Source: Candidatus Multivoradales bacterium
GTDB taxonomy: Bacteria > Acidobacteriota > Thermoanaerobaculia > Multivoradales > JAHEKO01
NCBI GenBank assembly: GCA_965223855.1
Contig: CBDCXM010000009.1
Location: 128,001-192,000 of the forward strand
Reading direction: 5' to 3'
Length of the DNA stretch: 64,000 nt
In this document: one piece after another, positions 9,815-19,772 of the stretch
Layout: every line of letters starts with the position of its first letter
Position numbering within the stretch: position 1 is the stretch's first letter
Translations under genes and position numbers: made by a program
Notes under the pieces: generated by a model
What the model saw: only the letters and a program-made list of their open reading frames with translations
Databases searched by the model: none
Told to the model about the DNA's origin: nothing

Positions 9815-10855
9815 ATGTCTCAAGACAAGGGACTTCCGTCGGCCGAGCGACTGCTCGCACTGGTCGAGAGCATGGCCGGCCAGCCGGTCGTCATGCTCGT
9901 CGACATGGTGGCGGACCGCTTCATCAGCGGCACGCCGAAGCGGATCAGCCGCGAGGCGCCGGTGCTGATCCTGCGGCACGACAGCGAGACGGTGATCCCC
10001 GGCGGCGGCGCCAACGCCGTCGCCAACGTCGCGGCACTCGGCGGCCGGCCGCTGCCGCTGGGCGTCGTCGGCGCCGACGCCAGCGGGCGCGAGCTGCTCG
10101 ATCTCTTCGCCGGCCTCGGCATAGATACCGCGGGGATCGCAGTACGCGCCGGCTACCGCACGCCCACCAAGGTGCGGATCCTCGGCGGCGGCCGTCACGC
10201 GATCAAGCAGCAGATCGTGCGCTACGACATCGAGGACCAGCTCGAGCTGGGCACCGAGGAACGGGAGCTCTTCGATCGCGCTCTCGCAGGGTGGACGGGT
10301 ACCGCGGGCACGGCCGTGCTCTCCGACTACGGCTACGGTACGGTCGACCCGCAGCTGGCGCCGCGACTGCGCAGCGCGCTCGCCGACGGGGGTTCCCTCG
10401 TCTGCGACAGTCGCTACCGGCTCGGCGACTTCACCGGCATGGACGCCGCCACGCCGAACGCCGAGGAGGCCGAGATGCTTCTCGGGCGCGAGCTCGACCC
10501 CGACCTCGACGGCGCCGGTCGTGCGCTGCGCGAGCGACTCGACTGCCGGCACCTGCTGGTCACGCGGGGCAGCTCCGGGATGAGCCTCTTCTCCGATCTC
10601 GAGCACGCCCACCTGCCGGTCCACGGCTCGACCCAGGTCGCCGACGTCACCGGCGCCGGCGACACCGTGATCGGCACGTTCGCACTGGCGACCGCGGCCG
10701 GCGCCACCCCGCTCGAAGCGGCGCTCCTGGCCAACTATGCGGGCGGCATCGTCGTCATGAAGATGGGCACCGCGACGCTGACCCGCGACGAGCTGTCGGC
10801 GGCCGTCACGTCCGGGGGCCGGGTTCTCGAGGGGGTGACGTGGGACGGGTCCTGA
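9815..10855 (+). CDS. rfaE1: D-glycero-beta-D-manno-heptose-7-phosphate kinase (RfaE/HldE kinase domain, PfkB family)
   Basis: RISREAPV, PGGGANAVAN, TPTKVR, LSDYGYG, DVTGAGDTVI, ANYAGGIVVMKMGT. Confidence 0.9.
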   Translation: MSQDKGLPSAERLLALVESMAGQPVVMLVDMVADRFISGTPKRISREAPVLILRHDSETVIPGGGANAVANVAALGGRPLPLGVVGADASGRELLDLFAGLGIDTAGIAVRAGYRTPTKVRILGGGRHAIKQQIVRYDIEDQLELGTEERELFDRALAGWTGTAGTAVLSDYGYGTVDPQLAPRLRSALADGGSLVCDSRYRLGDFTGMDAATPNAEEAEMLLGRELDPDLDGAGRALRERLDCRHLLVTRGSSGMSLFSDLEHAHLPVHGSTQVADVTGAGDTVIGTFALATAAGATPLEAALLANYAGGIVVMKMGTATLTRDELSAAVTSGGRVLEGVTWDGS

Positions 10856-11322
10856 CGGAGGCGGAGCTCTCCGCCGAGATCGCACGCCTCAGAGAGGCCG
10901 GCCGTACCGTCGCGCTGGCGAACGGCCACTTCGACCTCGTGCACGTCGGCCACGTGCGCTACCTCACCGCCGCCGCCGCCGAGGCGGACGCGCTGGTCGT
11001 GGCGCTCAACTCCGACGCGTCGGTCGAGAGCCTCAAGGGGCCGGGGCGCCCGATCGTCCCGGCCGGGGAGCGCGCCGAGCTGCTGGCGGCGCTCGCGGTG
11101 GTCGACTACGTCGTCGTCTTCGAGGGCGACACCCCGGGGCCGCTGATCTCACGGCTCCAGCCCGATGTGCACTGCAAGGGGACCGACTACGGCACGCCGG
11201 AGAACGTGCCCGAGTACGAGGTCGTGCGCGCCTACGGTGGGCGGACGGCCCTCGTCGGCGACCCCAAGGACCACTCCACCACCGACATCATCGCCAGCGT
11301 CCGCCGCCTCGGCGACAGCTGA
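10840..11322 (+). CDS. rfaE2: Heptose-1-phosphate adenylyltransferase (RfaE/HldE domain II)
   Basis: NGHFDLVHVGHVRYL, ALNSDASV..LKGPGRP, KGTDY, STTDII; GTG start at 10840 in the C-terminal part of the 8989..11322 ORF. Confidence 0.92.
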   Translation: MGRVLTEAELSAEIARLREAGRTVALANGHFDLVHVGHVRYLTAAAAEADALVVALNSDASVESLKGPGRPIVPAGERAELLAALAVVDYVVVFEGDTPGPLISRLQPDVHCKGTDYGTPENVPEYEVVRAYGGRTALVGDPKDHSTTDIIASVRRLGDS

Positions 11323-11332
11323 GGAGCGCCCC

Positions 11333-12340
11333 GTGGCGCCGTCGCGGATCCTCATCGTGCGCACGAGCGCGATGGGAGACGTGGTCCACACCCTGCCGCT
11401 CGCCACGGCGCTGAGGAGACGCCGGCCGGAGGCGCGCATCGGCTGGGTGGTCGAGTCCGCCTGGGCACCGCTGCTGGCGGAGCACAACGCCGTCGACGAG
11501 GTGATCGAAGTGCGGCTCAAGACGTGGCGCAAGCGGCCTCTGTCGCGGGAGACCCGGCGGCAGTTACGGGAGTTCCTCGCCCGCCTCGACGGCTTCGAGG
11601 CGGACGTCGCGATCGACGCGATGGGCAACCACAAGGGCGCGCTGATCGCCGCCCTCAGCCGCGCCGGCAGGGTGATCGGAGCGCGCCGGGAAGACCGGCG
11701 CGAGCCCTCCAGTGCTGTGTGGGCCGGCGAGTCGATCCCGGTACGGGGCGCGCACGTCGTCGAACGGCAGCGCTCGCTCGCCGCCGCAGTCGATGCCGAC
11801 GACGGGGTGATCGACTTCGACGGCGACTCGATCCTGCCCCGCTCGCAGGCGGCGTCGGTGCCTCCGATCCTCATCCAACCCTCCGCCGGCTGGCCGAGCA
11901 AGGAGTACCCGCCGGAACGCTGGGCGGCGGTCGCCGCCGCCCTCGCCTCCGACTTCCCCGTCGGCATCCTCGTCGCCCCGGGAGAAGGCGCTCTCGCCGA
12001 GTTGATCGCGGAGCAGGCAGGCGCCGGCACCACCACCGTCGACGCGCTCAACCTGCCGGCGCTCGCCGCGGCGCTGCGCGGAGCCAAGCTGATCCTCGGC
12101 GGCGACACCGGCCCGGTGCACCTCGCGCACGCGCTGGGAACCCCGGCGATCTGCCTCCTCGGGCCGACCGATCCGGAGCGCAACGGCTTGTGGGGGGCTC
12201 CCGACCGGAATCTCTCCCATCGGCTGCCGTGCAGTTTCTGCTATCAGAGGTTCGACGAGGCCAAGGCCTGTCTTCTGGAGATCGCTCCCGAGGAGATCGT
12301 CGCCCGCGCCTCGTCGCACTTCCGGGCGGCCGCTCGGTAG
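11333..12340 (+). CDS. GT9 lipopolysaccharide heptosyltransferase (WaaC-like)
   Basis: RILIVRTSAMGDVVHTLP, GGDTGPVHLAHALGTP..LLGPT; GAGGAG RBS before GTG 11333. Confidence 0.9.
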   Translation: MAPSRILIVRTSAMGDVVHTLPLATALRRRRPEARIGWVVESAWAPLLAEHNAVDEVIEVRLKTWRKRPLSRETRRQLREFLARLDGFEADVAIDAMGNHKGALIAALSRAGRVIGARREDRREPSSAVWAGESIPVRGAHVVERQRSLAAAVDADDGVIDFDGDSILPRSQAASVPPILIQPSAGWPSKEYPPERWAAVAAALASDFPVGILVAPGEGALAELIAEQAGAGTTTVDALNLPALAAALRGAKLILGGDTGPVHLAHALGTPAICLLGPTDPERNGLWGAPDRNLSHRLPCSFCYQRFDEAKACLLEIAPEEIVARASSHFRAAAR

Positions 12341-12480
12341 CGGCGGCGCCGGACTCCCTCCACCGTCCGGCCTGCCCGGCTGGGGGCACCCCTGAGATTC
12401 GGGCCGCCCACACTGCGAGAGCTACCTCCAGTGATGTCAAGCGCGTGTCGACCGGACCAGGCCTCCCGCTCGGAAAGAGC

Positions 12481-12510
12481 TTGACATCCATTTGTGGATC
12501 GCCTGACAAT
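12481..12510 (+). promoter_or_regulatory. Putative sigma70 promoter of the radical SAM gene
   Basis: TTGACA-N18-GACAAT, 60 bp upstream of ATG 12570. Confidence 0.5.
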
Positions 12511-12569
12511 TTTCCCGGGGAACATCGTCGGAGGTGCGCTCCCCGCGCCATTCTCTGACTGGAGGACGC

Positions 12570-14588
12570 ATGGAGATCTTCCTCGCAGACCTGGGTCACA
12601 GTCTGCTGACCCTGAGTTCGGACATATTCCCGCTCGGCATCGCCAACCTGGCGACCTATCTTCAGGCCTTCCTCGGAGAAGTCCTGCTCGACATCAGCCT
12701 GTTCCGCGATCCGGCCGAACTCAAGGTCGCGCTCGACAAGGGCCCGCCCGACGTGCTGGCGCTGTCGAGCTACGCCTGGAATCACAACCTCGCGCGCGCC
12801 TTCGCCTCGCACACGAAGGAGCGGTATCCCGAGGTGCTGACCGTCGTCGGAGGCCCCCACTTTCCGCTGACCCGGCCGGAGCAGGAGAGCTACCTGCGCT
12901 CGGTGCCGGAGTTCGACGTTGCGAGCCGCGGCCCGACCTATGAGGGAGAGCGAGCCTTCCTGAACGTGATCCGGCGCTTCCACGAGGCGGACAGGAACCT
13001 CGACTCGATGCAGGCCGAAGAGCTTCCCGGAGCGGTGTGGGTGCGCAAGAGCGACGGAGAGTTCATGCACGGCGGAGCGATCGATCGGATCCTCGACCTC
13101 GACGAGATTCCGTCTCCCTACCTCGCCGGCATGATGGATCGGTACATCGGCACCGGCCTCTTCCCGATGCTCCAGATGTCGCGCGGCTGTCCGTTCACCT
13201 GCACGTTCTGCAACTCGGCAGTCGCCGACAACAGCAGGGTCCACCGACACTCGGTCGAGAACGTCTACGCCGACCTCGAGTATCTGGCGCAGCGCGTCAA
13301 GCCGGAGACGCCGGTCTGCTTCGCCGACGACAACTTCGGGATGTACCCGTGGGACGAAGAGCTGGCCGACAGGATCGCCCACCTCCAGGATCGCTACGGC
13401 TGGCCCCAGTACCTGCGAACCACCACCGGCAAGAACCGCAGCGACCGAATCATCCGCGTGATGCGCAAGATCCGCGGCGCGCTGCCGATGACCGCCGCGG
13501 TGCAATCGCTCAACCCCCAGGTGCTCGCCAACATCGAGCGCGACAACATCAGCCTCGACGCCTACGCCGACATCCAGAAGGAGGTCCAGGCGCAAGGGAT
13601 GCAAGCCTACGGCGAGCTGATCCTCTGCCTGCCGGGAGAGACCAAGGAGTCGTTCTTCAAGGCGGTGCGCGACCTGCTCGAGACCGGGGTGAGTCGTGTC
13701 TCCGCCCACCAGCTCATGCTGCTCTACGGCGCCCCGCTGGCCAACCCGGAGGAGCGCGAGCGGCACGGCTTCGGCACACGCTTCCGGGTCGTCGCCCGCA
13801 ACATCAGCGACTATCTCGGCGAGCCGATCATCGAGACCGAGGAGATCGTCGTCGAGACGCCGACCTTCAGCTTCCAGGACTATCTCGACTGCCGGGTCTT
13901 CCATCTGCTGCTGACGATCTTCTTCTACGAGGACAATTTCCAGGAGGCGTTCGAGCTGGCGCGGCACTACGGCATCCGGCCGTTCGACGTGGTCGAACGC
14001 CAGGCGCAGCGCCTCGAGGACGCGCCCGAAGCGCTGACCGAGGTGCTCGCCGACTTCGTGCGCGAGAGCAAGGAGGAGCTCTTCGACACGGACGAGGAGT
14101 GCCTCGCCTGGTCACGGGAGAACTACGAGCGCCTGGTCAGCGGCGAGCTGGGCGGGAACCTGCTCTCCAAGTACTCGATGCTGGGCCGCTTCTTCACGAC
14201 CCGTGCTTCGCTCGAGTTTCTCGAGGACGCGATCGACTCGCTCCTCGAAGAGCGGGGGGCGCCGCCCGAGGCGTTCGAGCAGCTCACCGCCGTCTGCAGC
14301 TACCTGGAGACCCTCATGCTCCGCTCACCCTTCGCCGAGAGCGTCCAGGACGAGCCCTTGTGGACGACTCGCTACGATGTCGAAGCCTGGCGTGACGGCG
14401 GCTTCGGCGACCTGTCGGAATATCGCTACGAGCGCGAAGAGACGTTCCCGACCGCGGTGCCGGACTCCCGGCGCGAGCTGATCCTGAGCCGGGTCGCTGC
14501 CTTCGGCGATAACCCCCAGGGGCTCGGGAAGTTCACGCGTACGATGTTCGCGCGGGACCTTCGACGGGAACTCGTCGTCGCGAACTGA
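12570..14588 (+). CDS. Cobalamin (B12)-binding radical SAM protein
   Basis: N-terminal B12-binding-type segment (FPLGIANLATY...SSYAWN...VVGGP...YEGE), IPSPY, RGCPFTCTFC (CxxxCxxC), ADDNFG, LPGET; GGAGG RBS. Confidence 0.9.
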   Translation: MEIFLADLGHSLLTLSSDIFPLGIANLATYLQAFLGEVLLDISLFRDPAELKVALDKGPPDVLALSSYAWNHNLARAFASHTKERYPEVLTVVGGPHFPLTRPEQESYLRSVPEFDVASRGPTYEGERAFLNVIRRFHEADRNLDSMQAEELPGAVWVRKSDGEFMHGGAIDRILDLDEIPSPYLAGMMDRYIGTGLFPMLQMSRGCPFTCTFCNSAVADNSRVHRHSVENVYADLEYLAQRVKPETPVCFADDNFGMYPWDEELADRIAHLQDRYGWPQYLRTTTGKNRSDRIIRVMRKIRGALPMTAAVQSLNPQVLANIERDNISLDAYADIQKEVQAQGMQAYGELILCLPGETKESFFKAVRDLLETGVSRVSAHQLMLLYGAPLANPEERERHGFGTRFRVVARNISDYLGEPIIETEEIVVETPTFSFQDYLDCRVFHLLLTIFFYEDNFQEAFELARHYGIRPFDVVERQAQRLEDAPEALTEVLADFVRESKEELFDTDEECLAWSRENYERLVSGELGGNLLSKYSMLGRFFTTRASLEFLEDAIDSLLEERGAPPEAFEQLTAVCSYLETLMLRSPFAESVQDEPLWTTRYDVEAWRDGGFGDLSEYRYEREETFPTAVPDSRRELILSRVAAFGDNPQGLGKFTRTMFARDLRRELVVAN

Positions 14589-14606
14589 TCCGCGCGACCA
14601 GACCCG

Positions 14607-14930
14607 GTGACGCTCGAGCAGTGGATCGCACTGTGCCGCCGTGCGCGGTCCGACGGCGCGAGATCAGACGGTGCGGTAACCGGCGCGAGCTGGATCGAAG
14701 CCGGAATCACACCGCCTCCGGTGACGGCACCGCCCCTGACCAGGGTGCCGCTCGAGGAGGCCGAAAAGCTTATCGAACGCGCCGCCGGGCTGGATTCGGA
14801 CGAAGCCCGCGAGCTGCTCGAAGGTGCACTCGCCTGGCTCGAGCATCCGCATCCACAGGCCTCGCCGGAACTGCTTCGGAGGATGCGCGAACAATCGCGC
14901 ACCCTGACGCAGGCTCTCGGCGACCGCTAG
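14607..14930 (+). CDS. Hypothetical protein
   Basis: 107-aa ORF filling the gap between the radical SAM gene and ClC, same strand as upstream gene; no recognisable motif. Confidence 0.45.
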   Translation: MTLEQWIALCRRARSDGARSDGAVTGASWIEAGITPPPVTAPPLTRVPLEEAEKLIERAAGLDSDEARELLEGALAWLEHPHPQASPELLRRMREQSRTLTQALGDR

Positions 14931-14961
14931 CGGCACCCCCCGACGGCGCGGAGGATCGCCC

Positions 14962-16968
14962 TCAGAGCGCCGAGAGTCGGCGCAGGTCCGCCGCCCTGCC
15001 GACGACGACGAGTCGATCGCCCGGACCGATCACGGTCGACGGCTCGGGGACGAGTTCGATCTCGTGCTCTCCCGGGCGCGCGCCGCGACGGAGCATCAGA
15101 ACGTGAGCACCGTAGCGGGCACGCACGTCGAGGTCTGCGATCGACCTGCCGACGAACCTCCCGGGGGTCTCCATCTCCACCATCTCGTAGTCGGCGCCGA
15201 GGCTGACCGAGTCGGTAGCCGTCGCCACCAGGCTGCCCGAGAGTTCTGCCGCCATGTCGCGCTTGAGCACTTCTTCGTTGTATGCGTCGAGCAAGTGCTT
15301 GCGAGTCACCACGCCGACGAAGCGACCGCCGTCGACCACCGGAAGCTCTTCCCTGTTCCTACCTGCGAAGATCTTCGTCACGGTATCCAGGTCCTGTGAC
15401 GGTGACAGCGAACTTGCGTCCGCACGGGCGAGGTCTCGGGCTTCCAGAGAATCCACATGGCCGAGATCGGCGAGCCGGGTGCGCAGTTCGTCGATGACGA
15501 TGACCCCTTCGAGAGCGCCATCCTCGCGGACGACGTAGAGGCACGGATGCGGATGGTCGCTCACCAGCGCCACCACCTCTCCAACCGTGAGATCTCCGGA
15601 AACCGTCGGCGCTCCCGCGCTCATCACGTCCGCCACCTTGAGGGCGCGCAGAACGTTCAGGTCCCTGCCCCGGCGCAGATCGACCCCCCTGCGCAGCAGC
15701 TTGACCGTGTAGATGGAGTCCCGACGGAGTCTCGTGGCGAGCAGCGTCGCGAGCATGCACGACGCCATGATCGGCACAATCAGCGCGTAGTCCGAGGTCA
15801 TCTCGAAGAGGATGAGGATCGCCGTCAGCGGTGCATGAGTCGTCGCGGCAACCACGGCGCCCATGCCGACGAGGGCGTAGGCACCGGGGTTCGCCGCCAC
15901 CTCCGGCGCCCACGCGTGCGCTACGGTCCCGACCGCTCCCCCAGTCATCGCGCCCAGGAACAACGATGGTGCGAACACTCCTCCGGAGCCCCCGGAGCCG
16001 ATCGTGACGCTCGTCGCCACGATCTTGAACACGAGCAGCGCCGCGAGCATCGTCATCGACAGGTCTCCAACCAGTGCCTGCTCGATCGCCTCGTAGCCGA
16101 CTCCGAGAACGTGGGGGTACGCGAGTCCGATCGCGCCCACCAGCACACCGCCGACGACCGGCAGGAACCATCCCGGGATCGGAGTCCGATCGGCGACATC
16201 CTCGGCGGCGTAGAGAATTCGCACGAAGGCGAGGCCGACCAACGCCGCGACGATCCCGAGAACGGCATAGACCCCCAGTTCCCACGGGCTGGTCAGCGAG
16301 TACTCCGGAACCACGAACGCCGGAATGTCGCCCAGGTAGTGGCGCGAGATGACCGTGGCGATCACCGACGAGATGACGATCGGCGTGAACTGGGTGACCG
16401 CGAACTCACCGAGGATCACCTCAGCCGCAAAGAGCGGCCCGGCGATCGGCGCGTTGAACGTCGCCGCGACACCGGCCGCGGCACCACAGCCGACGAGCGT
16501 CCGCAGCCGGCTGCCCGACAGGCGGAAGAGCTGTCCCAGCGCCGAGCCGAGGGCGGAGCCGATCTGAACGATCGGCCCTTCGCGACCGACCGAGCCTCCG
16601 GTACCGATCGACACGGCCGAGGCGAGACTCTTGACCACCACCAGACGCGGCCGGATCACTCCCGACCGCATCGCCACCGCCTCCATCACCTCGGGGACGC
16701 CGTGCCCCTTCGCCTCGCGCGCGAAGCAGTGCACAAGCGGCCCGACGATCAGGCCGCCCAGCGCCGGCACCAGGACTACGTACCAGCCGGGGTGTGAGCG
16801 GATCAGGTCGAGGGGTACCGGTGCTCCTCCCCAACTCCACGTCTGGACCGCCTCGATCAGGCGGCGAAAGAGAACAGCCCCGACACCGCCGAGGCAACCG
16901 ACCGCAGCGGCCATCACGACCATGAAGCTGTGCTCGGCCTGCATGGCCCGCTCGAGTAGACGGCGCAT
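14962..16968 (-). CDS. ClC-family chloride channel/antiporter with CBS pair and C-terminal RCK_C (TrkA_C) domain
   Basis: GHGVPE, GGSVGREGP, GGVFAP, SIY motifs; two CBS repeats; GRSIADLDVRARYGAHVL..R...P...I.PGDRLVVVG. Confidence 0.92.
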   Translation of the reverse strand: MRRLLERAMQAEHSFMVVMAAAVGCLGGVGAVLFRRLIEAVQTWSWGGAPVPLDLIRSHPGWYVVLVPALGGLIVGPLVHCFAREAKGHGVPEVMEAVAMRSGVIRPRLVVVKSLASAVSIGTGGSVGREGPIVQIGSALGSALGQLFRLSGSRLRTLVGCGAAAGVAATFNAPIAGPLFAAEVILGEFAVTQFTPIVISSVIATVISRHYLGDIPAFVVPEYSLTSPWELGVYAVLGIVAALVGLAFVRILYAAEDVADRTPIPGWFLPVVGGVLVGAIGLAYPHVLGVGYEAIEQALVGDLSMTMLAALLVFKIVATSVTIGSGGSGGVFAPSLFLGAMTGGAVGTVAHAWAPEVAANPGAYALVGMGAVVAATTHAPLTAILILFEMTSDYALIVPIMASCMLATLLATRLRRDSIYTVKLLRRGVDLRRGRDLNVLRALKVADVMSAGAPTVSGDLTVGEVVALVSDHPHPCLYVVREDGALEGVIVIDELRTRLADLGHVDSLEARDLARADASSLSPSQDLDTVTKIFAGRNREELPVVDGGRFVGVVTRKHLLDAYNEEVLKRDMAAELSGSLVATATDSVSLGADYEMVEMETPGRFVGRSIADLDVRARYGAHVLMLRRGARPGEHEIELVPEPSTVIGPGDRLVVVGRAADLRRLSAL

Positions 16969-17165
16969 CGTGGAATCTGCAGAGTATCTCTCCGCGCTCC
17001 CGTATTCAGCCTCGGAGCCGCAGGCGAGTTCAGCAGGATCGACAGTCCGGCGGCGCGAGCCACCGGCGCGCGTTCTCCGCCAACGACCCCCTTGACGTCG
17101 TACTCGCCGTCCCGAACTCGGCCGACAACCGGAATTCCGCTCGCTGGAGCGGCGTTGGCTTCGGC

Positions 17166-19442
17166 ATGTTCCGGGCCCTCATCTTCCTCCTCACCTGCGC
17201 GGCGCTCCTCCCGGAAGAAGAGGCTCTTGCAGGCAGTGCGTCGGTCCGAGCCCGTGTCTCGCTGGACGGAGACTCAGCCGTCGGAGCCAGGGTTCGAGTC
17301 CTCCGCTCGGAGCGGCTCGGGAAGCCGCTGGCGACTCTCGCGGAGTCGACCGTTGACTCGGAGGGCATCGTCAAACTCGAAATACCGGTTCCCGAGCGGC
17401 CATGGCCCAGGCGCGCGTCGGAGCAACCGTCTCTGGTGATCGAGTCACCAGGACTCCCTCCCAAGGTCCTGCCGATTCCCTTCCACAAGTTCGACAACAG
17501 CTACGACGCCTTCGGAACTCTTCACCTCGGGGAGATCTCGATCGACCGGGGTTGCGACCTGACAGGCAGGGTCCTGGCGAGGAGCCACTCCACGGCCCCC
17601 GCTTCCGGCAGCCCTCTTTCCGGCGCCCTCGTGGTGGTCTGGCTGGAGGGTTTCGACTCACCGTGGCGAGCGGTGACGGATGCTCAGGGGAGCTTCAAGA
17701 TGGACATGATGCCACCGGCGAAGTTCGTTGTCGGGCTCGCCCATGAGGACTTCGTTCCCCGGCGAACGTCGGTCGAGCACAACTGCCCGGAAGAAGCGCA
17801 GCAGGAGTTCGTGATCGACCGCGGACTGCAGTTGCAAGGAACGGTGCGCCACGAGGATGGTCGTCCAGCGGTTGGCGCATCGGTCGCATCGCTTCCCGTC
17901 GCCCCTCTTGGAGCACCCTTCGGCTGGCTCCCTCACCCCATCGCCGGGACTCACCAGGACGGTGCCTACACGGTGGGCGCCCGAGACGACGACGAGTGGA
18001 GCCTCTTCGCTGAGGCCGAAGGCACCCTGCGCAAGGGCACCCGCACGAGATCAGATCGCAACCTGAGCGAGATTGCCGATCTCGTACTCAAAGCGAAGCG
18101 TCGTGTCCGAGGGAAGGTCGAGGACGAGTCCTGGCCCGTCGAGGGGGCCCTTCTCGGATTCGCCCACCTCGATGACCAGGCCCCTCCAGTGAGGGCCGAG
18201 AGCGGGCCCGACGGAGCGTTCGACTCCGGAGCGTTGGCTGCGGGTCGGTACCTGGTCACGGTCGAGAGCGAGGAGCACGAGACCGTGCAGGTGGAGCTGG
18301 ACCTGTCGGCCGATGCTCCCGCGACCCTGTACGCGAAACTTCGAACCGCCGGCACCGGTTCGATGGTCGTGCGGGTCGTCGACGACAACTCGGACCCGGT
18401 CGAGGGCGCCTCCGTGCTGGCGATGGACAACTTCGACCGTTGCACGACAGACCGCAGCGGAGAGTGTCAACTGGAAGGGATCCCTCTTGGAGAGGAGTTC
18501 TTCGTGATGACGGAGCACCCGGCTCACGACGCGGTCGTCCGCGCCTGCCAACTTCCCGCGGACCGCCAGGTGGAGATTCAATTCGAGGAGTCGAGCCGGG
18601 AAATGGTCCGTCTGCGAGGCTCCGTTCGGGGCGAGGATGGAGAACCGGTTGTGGGGGCCAGGGTCCGCCTCCACGAGCCCTACCGTCCCTCCGGCCCAAG
18701 GGTCCAGACCGTCACGGACAGCCGAGGCTCGTTTGTTCTGCCGCCGGTGCCGGAGGGCTTCTACGCGCTCAAGATCCATGCCCGTCAGATGGCGCCTTTC
18801 GGTAGGGGACTCAAGGTGCTCGAGTCGGAGTCGGAGCTCGAGGTCGTACTCTCGGTCGGAACACGCATCGAAGGCACTTTGGAGGGCGTCGAGGGACCCA
18901 TGCCGTCGGTCGTCACGATTCGGGCGATCGATGAACGCGGAGGCGAACCCGCACCCTGCAGCTCGGGGAGCTGGTTCGACTCCTTCCCCCCGTCGGCGCA
19001 AAGAGCCGGAACCGACCCGAGCATCGCCAATGCCGAGCTTGTACAGGGGCGGTACCGGTTCGAACACGTCCCGCCAGGCGACTGGCAGATTCTGGCTGTG
19101 ACAGCCGACCACACATGGTCCACGGTCGCCCGCATAGCGGAGGGTGAGCGCGAGACCTGGCTGCCGATCGAAGGCCTTCCTCGCTCGATGTGTCCGGACC
19201 CCAACGACACCGTCGCAGCGCAGGCCAACGAATCACTGGTCTTTCGCCTCGAAGCTCACGACAAGGCCTACCTGGGAGACTATTTCCACTTCGTGCTCAA
19301 GGACCCCGGCACGGGAGAGTCCTATGGCTTCGACGATTACTACGATGCTGGGGAGGTGGCTGAATGGACAGGCCTCCCACGCGGCGAAGGCCTGGAAGCT
19401 GACCGTCTTCACGACCAGGTTTCATCACACCTGGACCCTTGA
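17166..19442 (+). CDS. Secreted protein with multiple carboxypeptidase regulatory-like (prealbumin-fold) repeats; probably frameshifted near 19390
   Basis: Signal peptide; repeated G.V...G.PV.GA.V and TD..G.F....P.G.Y.L motifs. Confidence 0.75.
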   Translation: MFRALIFLLTCAALLPEEEALAGSASVRARVSLDGDSAVGARVRVLRSERLGKPLATLAESTVDSEGIVKLEIPVPERPWPRRASEQPSLVIESPGLPPKVLPIPFHKFDNSYDAFGTLHLGEISIDRGCDLTGRVLARSHSTAPASGSPLSGALVVVWLEGFDSPWRAVTDAQGSFKMDMMPPAKFVVGLAHEDFVPRRTSVEHNCPEEAQQEFVIDRGLQLQGTVRHEDGRPAVGASVASLPVAPLGAPFGWLPHPIAGTHQDGAYTVGARDDDEWSLFAEAEGTLRKGTRTRSDRNLSEIADLVLKAKRRVRGKVEDESWPVEGALLGFAHLDDQAPPVRAESGPDGAFDSGALAAGRYLVTVESEEHETVQVELDLSADAPATLYAKLRTAGTGSMVVRVVDDNSDPVEGASVLAMDNFDRCTTDRSGECQLEGIPLGEEFFVMTEHPAHDAVVRACQLPADRQVEIQFEESSREMVRLRGSVRGEDGEPVVGARVRLHEPYRPSGPRVQTVTDSRGSFVLPPVPEGFYALKIHARQMAPFGRGLKVLESESELEVVLSVGTRIEGTLEGVEGPMPSVVTIRAIDERGGEPAPCSSGSWFDSFPPSAQRAGTDPSIANAELVQGRYRFEHVPPGDWQILAVTADHTWSTVARIAEGERETWLPIEGLPRSMCPDPNDTVAAQANESLVFRLEAHDKAYLGDYFHFVLKDPGTGESYGFDDYYDAGEVAEWTGLPRGEGLEADRLHDQVSSHLDP

Positions 19443-19737
19443 TCTCCCCTCCCCGCCGCGGACCTTCGTCATACCCCCAGCAGGGAACCTGACCCTCGAC
19501 GTGCTCGACTTGGCGCCCGGCAACAGGCAAAGCGATCTCCTGCTCGAGGAACTGAGAGTGGCGCTCGTGCCCCTCTTCGAGCCGGCACCGAAGCCTGTTC
19601 TGGCATCGGGCCAACTCACCTTCGGTGGCCTCCAACCCGGGTTGTGGCGGGTAGAACTCTCAAGTCCCGAGAGGTCGTGGACACCGGTCCTCGTGGAGAT
19701 CCACGATCGCGCCAGTCGGCGTGTCCTGTTTCGCTGA
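19391..19737 (+). pseudogene. Probable out-of-frame C-terminal continuation of the 17166 protein
   Basis: The alternate frame encodes one more repeat of the same type (GNLTLDV...LTFGGLQPGLWRVELSSP); removing one G at 19389-19390 joins the frames. Confidence 0.5.
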
Positions 19738-19772
19738 CTCAACCAGATCCTCCCCGCTGCTAGCCTCACCCG

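Noticed and set aside
8989-11322. 777-aa ORF suggesting a bifunctional HldE or larger fusion
   Set aside because: Only the last 160 aa are the adenylyltransferase; the kinase is in another frame with its own stop, and the genes overlap normally.
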